DNA of 64,000 nt, from positions 81,160,001 through 81,224,000 of the forward strand of contig NC_086108.1 in assembly GCF_963921235.1 (NCBI RefSeq). The letters are read 5' to 3'. The stretch is from Mobula hypostoma. Lineage: Eukaryota. How positions within the stretch are numbered: position 1 is the stretch's first letter; every line of letters starts with the position of its first letter. Below the pieces are notes generated by a model. The model worked only from the letters and a program-made list of their open reading frames with translations, searched no databases and was not told where the DNA came from. This document shows positions 25,460 through 38,709 of the stretch, piece by piece. The translations under genes and the position numbers were made by a program.

Positions 25460-25886
25460 CGAGGGGTTATTGATAAGTTCGTGGCCTAAGGTAGAAGGAA
25501 AACCTAGCACATTTATTTTTCAATCCCTTCCTACATGTACGCACTTAGTCCAGCGGTCGTGGAGCATACGAATCCCTTCTTTGTAGAAGTGGTCTTCAGC
25601 AGGGGTGATTGATAAGTTAGTGGCCTAAGGTAGAAGGAGATGAGTTATACAGCTCTCGTTACAAGCAGGTGCAGTTCAACTCTTTGAGTGAAAATGCAGA
25701 AAGTTTGAAGTTAATAACTCATCTCTTTCTACCTTAGGCCATGAACTTCTCAATCACCCCTGATGAGTGATTAACTTCAAACTTTCTGCATAATCACTCA
25801 AAGAGTTGAACTGCATGTGCATGTAAGGAGAGCTGCATAACTCATCTCCTTCTGTCTTAGGCCATGAACTTATCAATCAACCCTCG
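25460..25886. mobile_element. Mariner-derived MITE with internal TIR copies
   Basis: TA|CGAGGGGTTATTGATAAGTTCGTGGCCTAAG ... CTTAGGCCATGAACTTATCAATCAACCCTCG|TA. Confidence 0.9.
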
Positions 25887-26947
25887 TATATATGCAGCAA
25901 CATGTTTAGAATTAATACATGCAGAGACAAATACACACACAAGCGTGAATGTGCAAATATTTCAGAAGTTAATGAGGAGAAATGGTGAAAGCAGGGTACA
26001 ATTTTGATCTGTGCAATGTATTTTTATAAGTAGATGTTAAGTCTGACATATGATTCCCATTTTCTCGTCCAGGCTTTTGGGTTTTTAATCATGATGGTAC
26101 CCACCACCCGTGAAACATGAAACTGTGCTGTGTTTTCTTTAATTATAACTTACTGTTCTGTTTAAATTCAATCAAAAAGCAGTCCTTTGTGAAACTCACT
26201 TCAGGGATTGCCTTATGGGAATGATCCTCTGGGTTGTTTTCTCTGAATCTAATAATTGGAAAAGCTATGTCATTTTCCTAGATTTAAGACAACTCAGAAA
26301 AATAATGAGATCTAAATGTATGTAATGCCACATAATCAATTTTCAAATTAAACACATATAGTTTTGCTCTTTTCATCCCAGACACCAGTGTGGTCTGGCT
26401 AATCCTGGATTATTAACATGATACACTAATAAGACCTATTCAAAAGTGCACCAGCTATATCTGGGAAGAAGCCTATGAAATCTGATATAAATAGACTGCA
26501 CTAATACAAGATAAACAGAACTAAATAAAAGACAATTTTATTTTTGAATACATATAGCTAAACTATAAAGAAACAGTTTAATACTGGCATTTCAATACCT
26601 ACATATGAAATCTTATATATTTGAATGATTCTTCTATTCATTAATCTGCTATATTAATGAGATTCAAGATTCTGCTAAAATATCAGATGAAAGAAAGTAA
26701 TGAGAATAAATCAAGCATTTCTGTAACAGTATTGCAAAACAGGTTCTAGGCTTGTATACTGGCATCATTTTCAACACATATTGCTACCTATATGAATTTT
26801 GAATCACATCTCTACAGAGTTATACACAACTGTTGCATTTGTAATGTTATGTGTTAGTGCCTGGCTTTTGGAGTAAAATTTCTTTCTGCATCTTTCTGAA
26901 TCAAAAATAAAATAGTCCACACAATAACTTAATAGAGAACATCTACT

Positions 26948-28513
26948 ATCGGAATCAGAATCAGAATCAGGTTTATTATCACCAGCATGTGACGTGAAAT
27001 TTGTTAACTTAGCAGCAGCAGTTCAATGCAATGCATAAACTAGCAGAGAGAGAGAAAAAAAAAATAATAAATAAAATAAAAACATAACAATAAATAAACA
27101 AGTAAATCAATAACGTATATTAAATAGATTTTTTAAAAATGTGCAAAAACAGAAATATTGTATATTAAAAAAGTGAGGTAGTGTCCAAAGCTTCAACGTC
27201 CATTTAGGAATCAGATGGCAGAGGGGAAGAAGCTGTTCCTGAATCGCTGAGTGTGTGCCTTCAGGCTTCTGTATCTCCTACCTGATGGTAACAGTGAGAA
27301 AGGGGCATGCCCTGGGTGCTGGAGGTCCTTAATAATGGGCGCTGCCTTTCTGAGACACTGCTCCCTAAAGATATCCTGGGTACTTTGTAGGCTAGTACCC
27401 AAGATGGAGCTGACTAGATTTACAACCTTCTGCAGCTTCTTTCAGTCCTGTGCAGTAGACTCTCCCTACCAGACAGTGATGCAGCCTGTCAGAATGCTGT
27501 CTGGTACTATTATAGAAGTTTCTGAGTGTACTTATTGACATGCCAAATCTCTTCAAACTCCTTATAAAGTATTTCTGCTGTTTTGCCTTCTTTATGACTA
27601 CATCAATATGTTGGGACCAGGTTAGATCCTCAGAGATCTTGACACCCAGGAACTTGAAGCTGCTCACTCTCTCCACTTCTTATCCCTCTATGAGGATTGG
27701 TATGTGTTCTTCGTCTTACCCTTCCTGAAGTCCACAATCAGCTCTTTCGTCTTACTGATGTTGAGTGCCAGGTTGTTGCTGCGGCAACATTTCACTAGTT
27801 GGCAAATCTCACTCCTGTACGCCATCTCATCACCACCTGAGATTCTACCAACAATGGTTGTATAGTCAGCAAATTTGTCAATGGTATTTGAGCTATGCCT
27901 AGCTACACCGTCTTACGAGGGGTGCTAAGGTAGAAGGAGTCAATTTTAGAAAATCTAGCATATTTATTTTTCAACATAGTCCCCTTCTACATGTACACAC
28001 TTAGTCCAGCGGTCGTGGAGCATACGGATCCCTTCTTTGTAGAAGTGGTCCACAGCAGGGGTGATTGATAAGTTTGTGGTCTAAGGTAAAAGGAGATATA
28101 CAGCTCCCATTACATGCACATGCAGTTCAACTCTCAGAAAGTTTGAAGTTTCTCCTCATCTCCTTCTACTTTAGGCCATGAACTTATCAATCACCTCTGC
28201 TGTGGACCACTTCTGGAGGTCCAAGATGCCGACTCCTACAAAGAAGGGATCCGTATGATCCACGACCACTGGACTAAGTGTGTAAATGTAGAAAAAGTAA
28301 ATGTTCTAGCTTTTCTAAAATTGACTCTTTCTACTCTAGGCCACGAACTTATCAATCACCCCTCGTACGTATACAGAGAGTAGAGCAATGGGCTAAGCAC
28401 ACACCCCTGAGGTGCACCAGTGTTGTTTGTCAGCGAGGAAGATATGTTATCACCAATCCGCACAGACTGTGGTCTTTTGGTTAGGAAGTCGAGGATCCAG
28501 TTGCAGAGGGGAG
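26948..28513 (-). mobile_element. Rex1/Babar LINE 3' part with (AATCAG)n tail, interrupted by a mariner MITE
   Basis: ERVSSFKFLGVKISEDLTW..KKAKQQ.YFIRSLKRFGM; KAAPIIKDLQHPGH..LLPSGRRYRS. Confidence 0.93.
27916..28365. mobile_element. Mariner-derived MITE retaining the transposase C-terminus
   Basis: TA|CGAGGGGTG ... CACCCCTCG|TA. 28205-28290 translates DHFWRS or, in another frame, FLEVQDADSYKEGIRMIHDHWTKCVNV (mariner GI..L..RW.KC motif). Confidence 0.9.
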
Positions 28514-28609
28514 TACTTCTGGGGCACCAGGTGTGACTCGGGTAGCAGCAGTACTTCTAACGGATACGATTACTATACCTTAAAAATTATGTAAAATATC
28601 TTGATTGAT

Positions 28610-29160
28610 AGAAATCATTGCCACAGGCAGCTATGGCTGCCAAGTCATTAGGTATATGTAAAGTTGAGGTTTCTGATTAGAAAGGGCGTCAAGGGGGAGA
28701 AGGCAAGAGAACGGGGTTGAGAAGGGTAGTAAATCAGACATGATGGAATGATGTCTGGTGCTCCTTCCCTCCTCTAGGCTGCAGATCACCCTAGGGCAAA
28801 GTGTAGCACCTGCTGACCCCCTCCCAGTCAGGGTCACATGCAGCCATGGGAGCAGGTGGTGGATATCATAAGCACTAGTTACGCGACCGCTGACAGCAGG
28901 CACACAATCTCTGAAGAGTACTGGTAATGTCTGAGGTCACCCATTCTTATAAAGACACTTTCCCGAAGAAGGCAATGACAAACCACTTCTGTATAAAAAT
29001 TTGCCAAAAATGATCATGGTCAAAAGACCATGATCCCTCATGTTGTACGACATGGCACCTAATGATGATGATGATGATGATGATGATAGAATGGCAGAAC
29101 AGACTCGATGGATCGAATGGCCTAATTCTGTTCATTGTCTTATGATCTTATGGTCTTATA
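28610..29160 (+). mobile_element. CR1 3' end, interrupted
   Basis: ..CAGACTCGATGG..GAATGGCCTAATTCTG..TCTTATGATCTTATGGTCTTAT tail. Confidence 0.85.
28751..29082 (+). mobile_element. Short retroposon with (GAT)n tail and 11-bp TSD (RTE-like 3' end)
   Basis: TSD ATGATGGAATG (28740-28750) / ATGATAGAATG (29083-29093); GAAGGCAATGACAAACCACTTCTGTA motif resembles BovB/RTE-type ends. Confidence 0.75.
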
Positions 29161-29364
29161 AGACAATGGATGTCAGAGTCTCCCATCAATTCCACAGATG
29201 AGTTCAAGGACTAGGTCAATAGTGTTATATTGAGAAAGTAGCATTTTTAGGTAAGATGGTAAACTCATACCCATGATGACAAGCACGTAGTTCTGTAATA
29301 TTATACATATTGCATTGCGGCCTATGGGGGCCTATGTGCAAGTTAGCTGCTAATTGCCTTAGAG

Positions 29365-30378
29365 ACATAGAGTTTTATGGAACAGGAGCTGGCTCTTCAG
29401 CCAACCCATCCATGCTGACTGGAACTCAGCAGGTCAGGCAGCGGGCCTCCAGATGTTGCCTGACCTGCTGCGTTTCTCCAATATTTTGCGTGTTGCTGCA
29501 GATTTCCAGCATCTGCAGACTCTCTTGCATCATCCCTGCTGACCAAGAATCCTACCAGAGCTAATCCCAATTTGCCTGCATTTGATCCTTATCCTTCTTA
29601 AACCTTCCTATCCATGTACCTGTCCAAAAAGACTTTTAAACTTTGTAAGTGTGCGTGCCTTTAGCAGTTCCTCTGGAAACTCATTCTACATAGCCGCCAC
29701 ATGCCCTCAAGTGCCCTTTAAATCGTTACTCTCTCACCTTCAATCTACGCCCTTTCAGTTTCAGATTTCCCTACCCTGGAGAAAATACTTATACCTCTCA
29801 TCATTTTATATGCCTCTGTAAGGTCACCTTTCAGCCTTCTACACTCCAGAGAAAAAAAAAAATAGCTGACCCAGACCCAGTAACATCTTAGTGAACCTTT
29901 TCTGCATCCTTTCAAGCTTAATGGCATCGGTCCTACAGCTAGGTGATCAGAACTGCACACAATCTTCCAAGTGTGGTCTCACCAATGTCATGTAGAGTTG
30001 TAAAACCAGCTCCTAACACTTGTACTCAGTGCCCTGACCAATGAATGCACTTCACTACGCCATCACTTTCAGGGAACCATGTGCTTATACTCTTGTGTTT
30101 CTCTAGGGTACCGCCATTTACTGTGTAAATTCTGCTCCGTTTTAACTAACCAAAATGCATCTCTTCACCCACCTCTGAGGCAAACGTCACCTGTCCACTT
30201 ACCCGATTGATCCAGGTCCTGCTCTAATCTTCGATAGTCTTCTTTCAGTGTCCACTATACCACCAATTTTGGTGTCATTTGCAAATTTACAAAGCATGCC
30301 ATCTATATTTTCATTCAATCGCTAACAACAACACTGCATCTAGAATCATTCCCTGAGGCACACCACTGGTCACAAGGC
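29365..30378 (-). mobile_element. CR1 3' part
   Basis: LECRRLKGDLTEAYKMMRG on the minus strand, with CR1 tail at the left end. Confidence 0.85.
29420..29530. mobile_element. Smallest Penelope-derived fold-back insertion, 13-bp TSD
   Basis: TSD CATCCATGCTGAC (29407-29419) / CATCCCTGCTGAC (29531-29543); arms CAGCAGGTCAGGCAGC / GTTGCCTGACCTGCTG. Confidence 0.85.
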
Positions 30379-30825
30379 TGTAATCTGACATGAGAGACTA
30401 TATTTCAATTAGACTTTATTTGGAATGCTTCCAGGCTGTACATTTGGATATATTTTACCCCTCTCTGTCTTTAGAGTCAGTCTTTGATTTCTGCCCGCAG
30501 CGTGTGATGTGTAGTAAGTTATTTTACCTCCCATCTTTGGAGTCATCTCTGTTTGTTCCAAGTCAGAAACACCTCATCCATTTCCCACTTTTGGTAGCAG
30601 TAACTTCCTGCTATACTAGAGGCAGCTGGAAGCTGCCTTTTTAAAAGCTGATATTTATTCCACTTACACGTGCCATCCAGGTTTATCTGGGGAAGCATCA
30701 GCTGGAAAGAGCAATCAGCCGAGCTGAATAATGAGGCTGGGTTGGGAGTTCATTTCACCATCTTTGTTGTCAGGAAGACATTTTGCAGAACCTTTGGGGG
30801 TGATTTTAGCCGAACTTGCCGGCAT

Positions 30826-31430
30826 GAACATAACAAGACATAGAACATTAAACAGTACAGGACAGGTCCTTTGGTCCAAGATGTTGTGCTAACCTGTTGA
30901 CCTATTCCAAGTTCAATCCAACCTTTCCTCCTGCATAGCCTCCAGTTGACTTTCATCTATATGCTTGCCTGAGAATTTCTTAAATGTCCCTAGTGTATCT
31001 GCCTCTACTACAACTGCTGGGCTGGCAGCATGTTCCATGCTCCCACAACTCTCTAGGTAAAATAACTACCTCTGACATACCCCCTATGCTGTCCTCTAAT
31101 CACCTGGAAATTATAAACAAGACAATCTGAAATCAGGAGAAGCACACAAAATGTTAGAGGAACTCAGCAGGTCAGGCAAACATCTATGGAGTGGAATGTC
31201 CTGATGAAGGGTTTTGGCCCAAAATGTTGACTATTTATTCCCCTTTGTAGATGCTAGGTGCGCCTGACCTGCTGAATTTCTCCAGCATTTTGGGTGTTAA
31301 TTTAAAGTTATGTCCCATTTCCATCCTGGGATAAAGACATTGGCTGTCCACTCTCCCGATACCTCTTATCATCTTATACACATTTAACAAATCACCTCTT
31401 ACCCTTCTTTGCTTCAAGAACAAAAACAAA
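30826..31430 (-). mobile_element. CR1 3' end containing a Penelope fold-back insertion (about 31114-31297)
   Basis: CR1 RVRGDLLNVYKMIRG; inner inverted arms with GTC-CTGATGA-AGGGTTTTGGCCC-AAAA-TG-TT-GAC at 31198-31231. Confidence 0.85.
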
Positions 31431-32872
31431 ATAGCTAGGTGTTCCTTTTATATTACATTCAGTTTCATACTGCTGGCTTCTTGCTTTGAAGATTTCCGTT
31501 ACAATTCCAACTCTAGCCCCACAGATTGAACCAATGGAGCAAATATCATTGTACATGATTTGTGAAGTGAGGTATCTTGCTTGACTGACTTGTTCCTAAA
31601 ACATTTTCTGTCTATTCAAACACGGCATTCATACTGTGAATCTGAGTGTCCTTAAAACACATGAAAGTTGGCAGTGCTAGCGCAGCAAGTCATAAAGAAT
31701 TCAAATGGGAGATTGGCCTCAAGGAAGGAAGTGCAAAAGTGCAGACACTAGAAGCTGGATGCATTGTGCCTATTCTTTTAATGTGTTAAACCCAGGTTAG
31801 ATAGTACTGGTGATCAATCCTGAGGGAAGTCACATCTATCAGGAAATTGACTGACATTTCCACGTACAATTCATCTAGGCATATCTGATGACTTTTCTGA
31901 AACCAAACACAATTGTACACTGTACACTGCCTAACTGATATAAATTATAGCATTTGCATACAACAGTCATGCATTATTGTATTACTATGTTGTATCCTAC
32001 AGTTATTTGAAGGGATGTGCTGCTGTCATTAAGAGGTCTCAATGAGCAGCTTTGCAACTGACTGCAGCTGCTCCAATATTATGCAAAGTTTGTAAAATGT
32101 GCTTAAACTAACATTGATCTCTTTGTGCAACATTTTGGTGTGGGTGGCCTCCTTTCTATTCCTTGCTGTCCTTGCCCAAATGAAGAAACTGGAGGACATC
32201 GACTAACCTTCTCTTTAGAGACTTCATCCCCGTGCGGGGCTTGCAGAGGAAAGCTGGTCAATGGTGGCATGAAGGCAGGAGGAAGTGTTGAAGAGAGCAG
32301 GGAATCATAATTAGAAGGAATAGCATTTGTGTGTCTGCCTGGGTTTACTCTTGGTATGAATCTCACATGCCACATGAGATTAGGGAAATGCCTTGCAGCA
32401 TTGCTCAACGATGCAAAGCTTCTCATCTGTAGAGGAAACAATTGTAGCCACCTCCCACGAGGCTCTGCTAACTGTAACTCTGATGAGTCCTCTGGCCCAC
32501 TCTGTGCTGCACTGGGACTCCTACATATATCCCACTGACTGCATCTTGAATGTCCTCCTTCACCTCAGCAACCTTCATCCTCTATGGCAGCCCTGAGTGC
32601 AATGCTGCCTCTTTCAATGGCAGCATTGGGGGTAGTTCAGAGAAAATTTACTGAGTTGATTTCTAGGATGAAGTACTTCTTTCATAAAGATATGAAAAAT
32701 GAGCCTATAATGTTTAAAAGAATGAGCAGGATTATGAGAGAAGTTCAAACTGCCAGTGATGCGTCACCAGTTGTAATGAAAGTCATTAATTCTGCTCATT
32801 TTAATAAAGAATCCCAGCTATATGATGAATAAACTCTTTTCGGACTTGCAGCTGAGTACAGGTATTGACTAT

Positions 32873-32945
32873 AACCATCGTTTCGATGACAAACTCTGCC
32901 ATATCAGGGATGAAGATGGCAGAGTTTGTCATCAAAATGTTGGTT
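32873..32945. repeat. Palindrome with 30-bp arms built from a second hammerhead-like motif
   Basis: AACCATCGTTTCGATGACAAACTCTGCCAT / ATGGCAGAGTTTGTCATCAAAATGTTGGTT. Confidence 0.7.
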
Positions 32946-32984
32946 TTGCCTCCAATCATACTTGAGGAAGAAAATTCAAAAGAT

Positions 32985-34385
32985 TTATGAAATGTAGCAT
33001 CTCCACTTTAAATAGGTGACTCTTTATTCTGAAACTATTGCCCACATTTTTAGATAAAAACATAGGTTTTCTAAATCTCTTGTTATTATATACCTTTTTC
33101 GTATCTCAACTGTTTCATCCTGGGGATAAACCCTTCTCTCTTGCTGAAAATGCAGATATGTTCTTCGTTAGAGGCCAAAACGGTAGGTTTTACTCCCAGC
33201 ACAAGCTCACTAGTGACCTGTACAGTTGCCTCAGGTCTTCCCTGTTTTTATATTCCAAACCACTGGCAGTAAAGGCCAATATTCCATTTACCTTCCTAAT
33301 CACTGGCTGTACATGTATTTTAACTACCTGGCCTTTATACACCAGGACCTTCAAGATTGTTTTGTTCCAAAACATTTTGTACTATCATCTTATTCTTCCT
33401 TTTAAAGTGGACAAACTTTCCCATATTGTACGCCATCTGAAAATAACCCATTCATCTCAACTTTCTGTTTTGCTTCAGGTAAACAAAGCCCTATTCATGT
33501 CAATACATTATTCCAATCCCATGTGCTTTTATCTTTGCTGCAACCTCTTATGTGCCACTTAATAGGCTTTGTTTGGAAATTACACATTTCCTAGTTATCT
33601 ATTATCCACCCTATTACGTCTTTAAAGAAGTCTAACACATTTATCAAACTTTTATTAAAATGTTATTGACTCTGCTTAATTGTCAAATGGTATCCTATTA
33701 TTACCTCCCTGTAAAATGGATTGTATCTTATTGTCCTATTGTTTCTTCTTTTCTATCCTTCTCCTTTCTTGAATACTTGCATTATATTTGTGGTATTTAA
33801 ATATTCTTGGTCTTCTCCAGAATACAGGGAATTTTTTGTAGATTACAATCAGTGCATCTACTATTATTGTAGTTCATTCCTTCGAAACCCTGGGATGTAG
33901 TCGATCAACTCCAGGGTACTTCTTGGCCTTCAACCACACTAGTTTGATTAATTTAGTTCCAATGATAGGAATCGTTTTAAGTTCTTCACTCCCTATAGCC
34001 ACTTGATTATCTATTCTTATTGAGGTATTTTTGGTATTTCCAACTGTAAAAAATGCTCAAAAATAATTATTTAGAGTCTCTGCCATTTCTCTTTTTTCCT
34101 AATATTAATTCTATAGTCCCTCCCTCCAAGGGAATTAGGTCTATTTCACTGTTCTTTTCCTTTTTAAATGTAAAATCTTAAGATATAGGAGCAAGTTTTA
34201 GGTCATAAGGCCAATCACATTTGCTCCATGGCTGAATTTTTTAAACCTCATTCTCATGCCTTTTCTCCATAACCTTTAATCCCTTTATCTATCAATCAAA
34301 ATCTATCAAATTCTACCCAAAATAAACCCAATGACTTGGCTTCAACTCTCTTCTGTAACAATCAATTCCACAGAGTCACCATTCT
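32985..34385 (-). mobile_element. Degenerate CR1 fragments
   Basis: RKVNGILAFTASGLEYKNRE..QLYRSLV on the minus strand; further CR1 tail at about 34180-34385. Confidence 0.7.
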
Positions 34386-37300
34386 AGCTCTTACTGTGTG
34401 TTTTATTGTGTATATCTATATCTCTTATTGTTTATTCTTATACTATTTGTTAGTTAACTCTCATATTCTATTATTTTTTAACTTTTTTGTCATCTTTTGC
34501 TAGTTTCTAAAGCTTTTCCTGTCCCCTGGCCTACCACTAACCTATTTTTATTTCATGATGTTTCAACAATGAACTTCAAAGGAATTATGCAATTAGATAA
34601 CAATGACCAGTGAGCATGTTATTGGCATCCCATTGGATGAGAACTGATGCTGGAGACCACAGAAATAACTGAAAAAATAAAGCAAGAATGGTACATTTTA
34701 AACAGTAACTTTTTATGATTTGAAACTTTTTTTCTCTTGGTCTCCAAAGTAATGATTGTATGCACGATATCTATCCAATTACTACTTAATACAAAGAAGA
34801 GTTCTTCAAATTTAAGACGTATTTTCAAAGCTCTGGAACCTCTTGAGCATTTGTAATAAAACTTCTCTACTCAAATTACATATCATAAAATTACGAGTAA
34901 TGATTATCAAGGAAACATCTATAAAATAACTCATAAAGTATCCAGTGTGAGCATGGAAATGTTGTTTATGAAGTAAGCGATCAGTTATGACTTGGAATGC
35001 ATCGTCTCAAAGTGTGGTGGATGCAGACTTAATTGTGCCTTTCAAAAGGGAATTGGCGAAGCATTTGAAAGTTAGATATTTGCAAGGCTCTGGGGAAAGA
35101 GAATGGGAATGGGACTGATTAGATTGTTCTACAGGACTGGCAAAGACATAAAGGCCTAATGGCCTTCTTATGTGCTGCAACAAATCTTTATTTGGTGTTC
35201 TGAAAGTAAAGTGATAGACTCCGAGATGTTTTATGGTTTAGTCATTTCCTTTTACCAATTTATGCACACCCTAAATGATACAAAATTAGATGGTATGGCT
35301 GACTATTTTAGAGGCTGGCTGCAAGTCAACCACCTCCTGTTGAGTTCAAGAGATACAATACTTTGAGTCTGGATAAGACCAGTACATATTCTTCTCTGAA
35401 GGGCATGAATGAAACAGATAGGTTTTAAAACAATCCAGTATTTCCATGGTCATCATTACCAGTGCTTCAAAATAAATTCAACATTTTTATTTAGTTACTT
35501 GAGTTTTGATTCCCTTGCTGCTCTGGTGGAATTCAAACTCTCCTCTCTAAATCAATGGCCCACTTCTGAAGATGCTAATCTACTAACTTAATGGCCATGC
35601 TACAAATGGTGTACATGCCTCTGGATGCTCAGAAATGAAATGGCTTTTAGGCATGACAACTTAAAGCTTGGCCAAGGAGGGAAAGTTTGATGGAGCAACT
35701 TAAAGGAGGAGATGGAGAGGGAGTGCCAGAACATGGAAGCCAGAAGCCGGAAGGCATTGTTGACCACAGATTTTGCAAAGTGAATGCTGCAACTTTGAAC
35801 ATTGGCAAGGGGAACAAAGGACACTTAACCATTAACTCTCAGAATGAGAAGGGCCTTCCAAGCAGAAGTGCTGAACGGAGTCTGGTGCTTTGTTCACAAA
35901 TGCAGACAGAGAGAAAGAGCAAAAGCCCCACGAAGCATCATAGCTGTCTGCAAAGCAGCATAGACTCTCTTCTAATCAGTGTCAGATTTGTCCCTGTATA
36001 CGATGATAACTGAGCCTCGGCGGTGGGAAATACAAAAAGAAATCAGGAAAAATAACTTACTGAAAAGTAAATGATTTTGATTGATTCAGGTTTGGATTTC
36101 AACTAAAGTGAGGAGAAATAGCACAGGACTCTAACGTAGCATAAATAATCTTATTTATTGGTGAATCAGAGCAGATTAATTGTATCCTGGCAAAATGCAG
36201 CTACTTTATATTTGGTGTTTCAATTCATATATTTATCCCCGTATTTTTAGAAGTTGTGGACATCTGATGTCACTTATGGCACATTGTGTGGGATTGAGGG
36301 TTGTTGTAGCAGTCCTGGTTTGGTTTCTCTACAACCTGCTCCTCATTATCTTCAGCTTTTATTACTGCCACATGGCATCCTGCCGAGATAAGTTGAAGCC
36401 GTGATGTGGTATTCTTGTGAGGCACAGACCAAGAAAGTCCAAAGAAACTGCCTCTCAGCACGTTTTGACAATCAGACACCCAGCAAGCACAACCACTGGG
36501 TGTATTTTATGTTACTGGAGTTTCCTCAGTGCAATTTCAAACAGCTTGTTTGTTCTATTTTCTACGGGTTTTCATGGGAAAATCCCAAGTTGTTTGTTTT
36601 GTGCACAAGATGATTTACAGGGACACATCTTAAACCACTTGGGGGCAAAATTCAATAGCGCCCCCCCCACTCCCAAATGACCTTGAGGATCTCAATGCAT
36701 GATTAACCCTTGCCCGATCATTGCAATGTAGGCATAATGCCAATTTCATGCTGCCGGTCCACTATAATGTGCACAGTATCCCACCAAAGCTAACCACACT
36801 ATTGGCTGGGTGCATTAGCATGGGGGCGAAACTTATGAGTGGCTTACATCAGTTACAGCTAGCCTGCACTGTTTAAAGCTAGCCTGCAGCTCTTAAATAG
36901 CGCACTTATTGTGGCTGGATCATGTACTTCCTGTCCTCCTACAGACAAAGGTAAATCAGAAAACCTTAAACGCATTGCCATAACAGGGGAGCAAGGAGGA
37001 GCCACAATGCAGAGGCAGCTCCTGCATCCCTCTGGACACATACTTAGAAGCCAATAGTCAGGATTAAGAGTTAAAGGACAATGACCTGGATACAGTACTG
37101 ATCCAAGTTTAATGACCTCATGATTTGTCAAGGTCAGCGAAGGCATTGCCTGTAATTTCAAATACTGCTCAATGCACCACACCCAAGCACGCAATTACCA
37201 CAAGTCTCTGGCGGTCAGGAATGGTACCTAACATTCATTTGCATCAACTCACCCTCATACCCTTAATGCTGTTGCAAGATTCACACCCACATACCACAGA

Positions 37301-37793
37301 TTACACTCACTCCCACCCATTAAACCATGACAACCATGCCACTCAGATGAATTGTCTGATACTCGCGGACACACTTGCATGATAGCAATTACCTACGGCG
37401 AGATTGGCAAGGCTGTGCTCCCTAACCTGCAAGGAAGTGATGGCACTGGTTGGCATTGTGATGCCCTTTGCTAAGGCTGTGGTTGGTTGTGGAACTGAAA
37501 TGATTGGAAAGGATGATATCCATTAGACCATTGTGGAGATCTATAGGTCATGAGGTATCATGATTTTGACTTCCAGCAGACTCAACAGTAGCACAGATGG
37601 TCCTAGTTAGTTCCCCCACCCACCCCTCTACCTATTGTCTCAGCCACTGCATTGCATTGTAAACACTTAAAATCACTTTTTATAATATTGTTTATGTTAT
37701 AAATACATGCTGGTTTTAATATATTTATGCATGTTTTCTTCCACATCCATACTTTAATCTCCAAATTTATTTTTATATAATTCTTATTGTTTA

Positions 37794-38561
37794 TGTAATC
37801 CCTGGTTAAGATTTCTACTGCTATACTGTGAGGTATTTTATTTTAGTAGCTTTCTGTAAAAGCAGTGAGACCTGCTGGTAAGAGTGTTTTGGTTTCGGCT
37901 AAAGATAAAGAGCCACGTTGTCCAACTTAGGAATGTTCAGCCAATCAGGAGTGGGATGGCATGGAACACTCTCAAGAGCTGGGCAGGAAGAGTTTTTTTA
38001 AAGGACAGTAGTCTGGTTTGGGGTCTTTTGGCAGGAGGTGCAAGAGAAGAGCACCAAGGAAGATGTTTGGAGGATCCCATGCAAAGGGGAGACCCTATTG
38101 CAAAGAGTACTTCGCAAGGTGGATGATTCCAAGAAGGGAAGTTCTACCTGTGGTTGGCGAGGAGAATTCAGCGTTGTGAGTAAAGCCACTCCCAGCTGCT
38201 ACAGAAATGAGCTCCAACTTTTATGTGCACATTTAGATGGTTTAAATGTAATGGGCCCTTTTATCTTTCTTTTTCAACTGTCCGATAAAGTTGAAAATTA
38301 GTAAATATACTTTCTTTATAATTTTATGCTGGTGTACGATCTGTCATTTCTGGCCTATCGATAACTGTGTATGGGCAGTATTTACACAGCATTCGCTCAG
38401 ATTGAGGTTCCTTTAATCCTGTTTGGTTGAATCCCAAATCATACCGACCCTAGACGTATATTGCTTATGAAAGGTGGCCTTCTCACTGCTGAGTCATGTG
38501 GCTGTCAGCAGAGTTAGCTAATGAGCCAAGTTGGTGTACGAGCCCCACTGAGAGGGCTGCA
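37794..38561 (+). repeat. 5' LTR
   Basis: TGTAATCCCTGGTTAAGATTTC...GAGAGGGCTGCA, colinear with 42275-43048. Confidence 0.93.
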
Positions 38562-38565
38562 TTTG

Positions 38566-38585
38566 TGGAGGCTTGTCCGGGATTT
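38566..38585 (+). promoter_or_regulatory. Primer-binding site, tRNA-Pro
   Basis: TGGAGGCTTGTCCGGGATTT versus the tRNA-Pro 3' complement TGGGGGCTCGTCCGGGATTT (2 mismatches). Confidence 0.9.
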
Positions 38586-38709
38586 AGGATACTGTGTGAA
38601 TGCTATTTAAGGATTGATTAAATGGTTTATCGTGTTTTATTTGTGAGTTTAAGCAGTGTTTAAACATGTTTGGAGGAAGTGAGGTATATTGTAATTAAAG
38701 TATTTTATT

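Noticed and set aside
25460..25886. CRISPR-like repeat array
   Set aside because: Repeats are inverted mariner TIR modules in eukaryotic DNA, with no unique spacers or cas genes.
36270..36380. Possible minus-strand exon (GCHVAVIKAEDNEEQ...)
   Set aside because: Weak acceptor, no partner exons, no recognisable homology.
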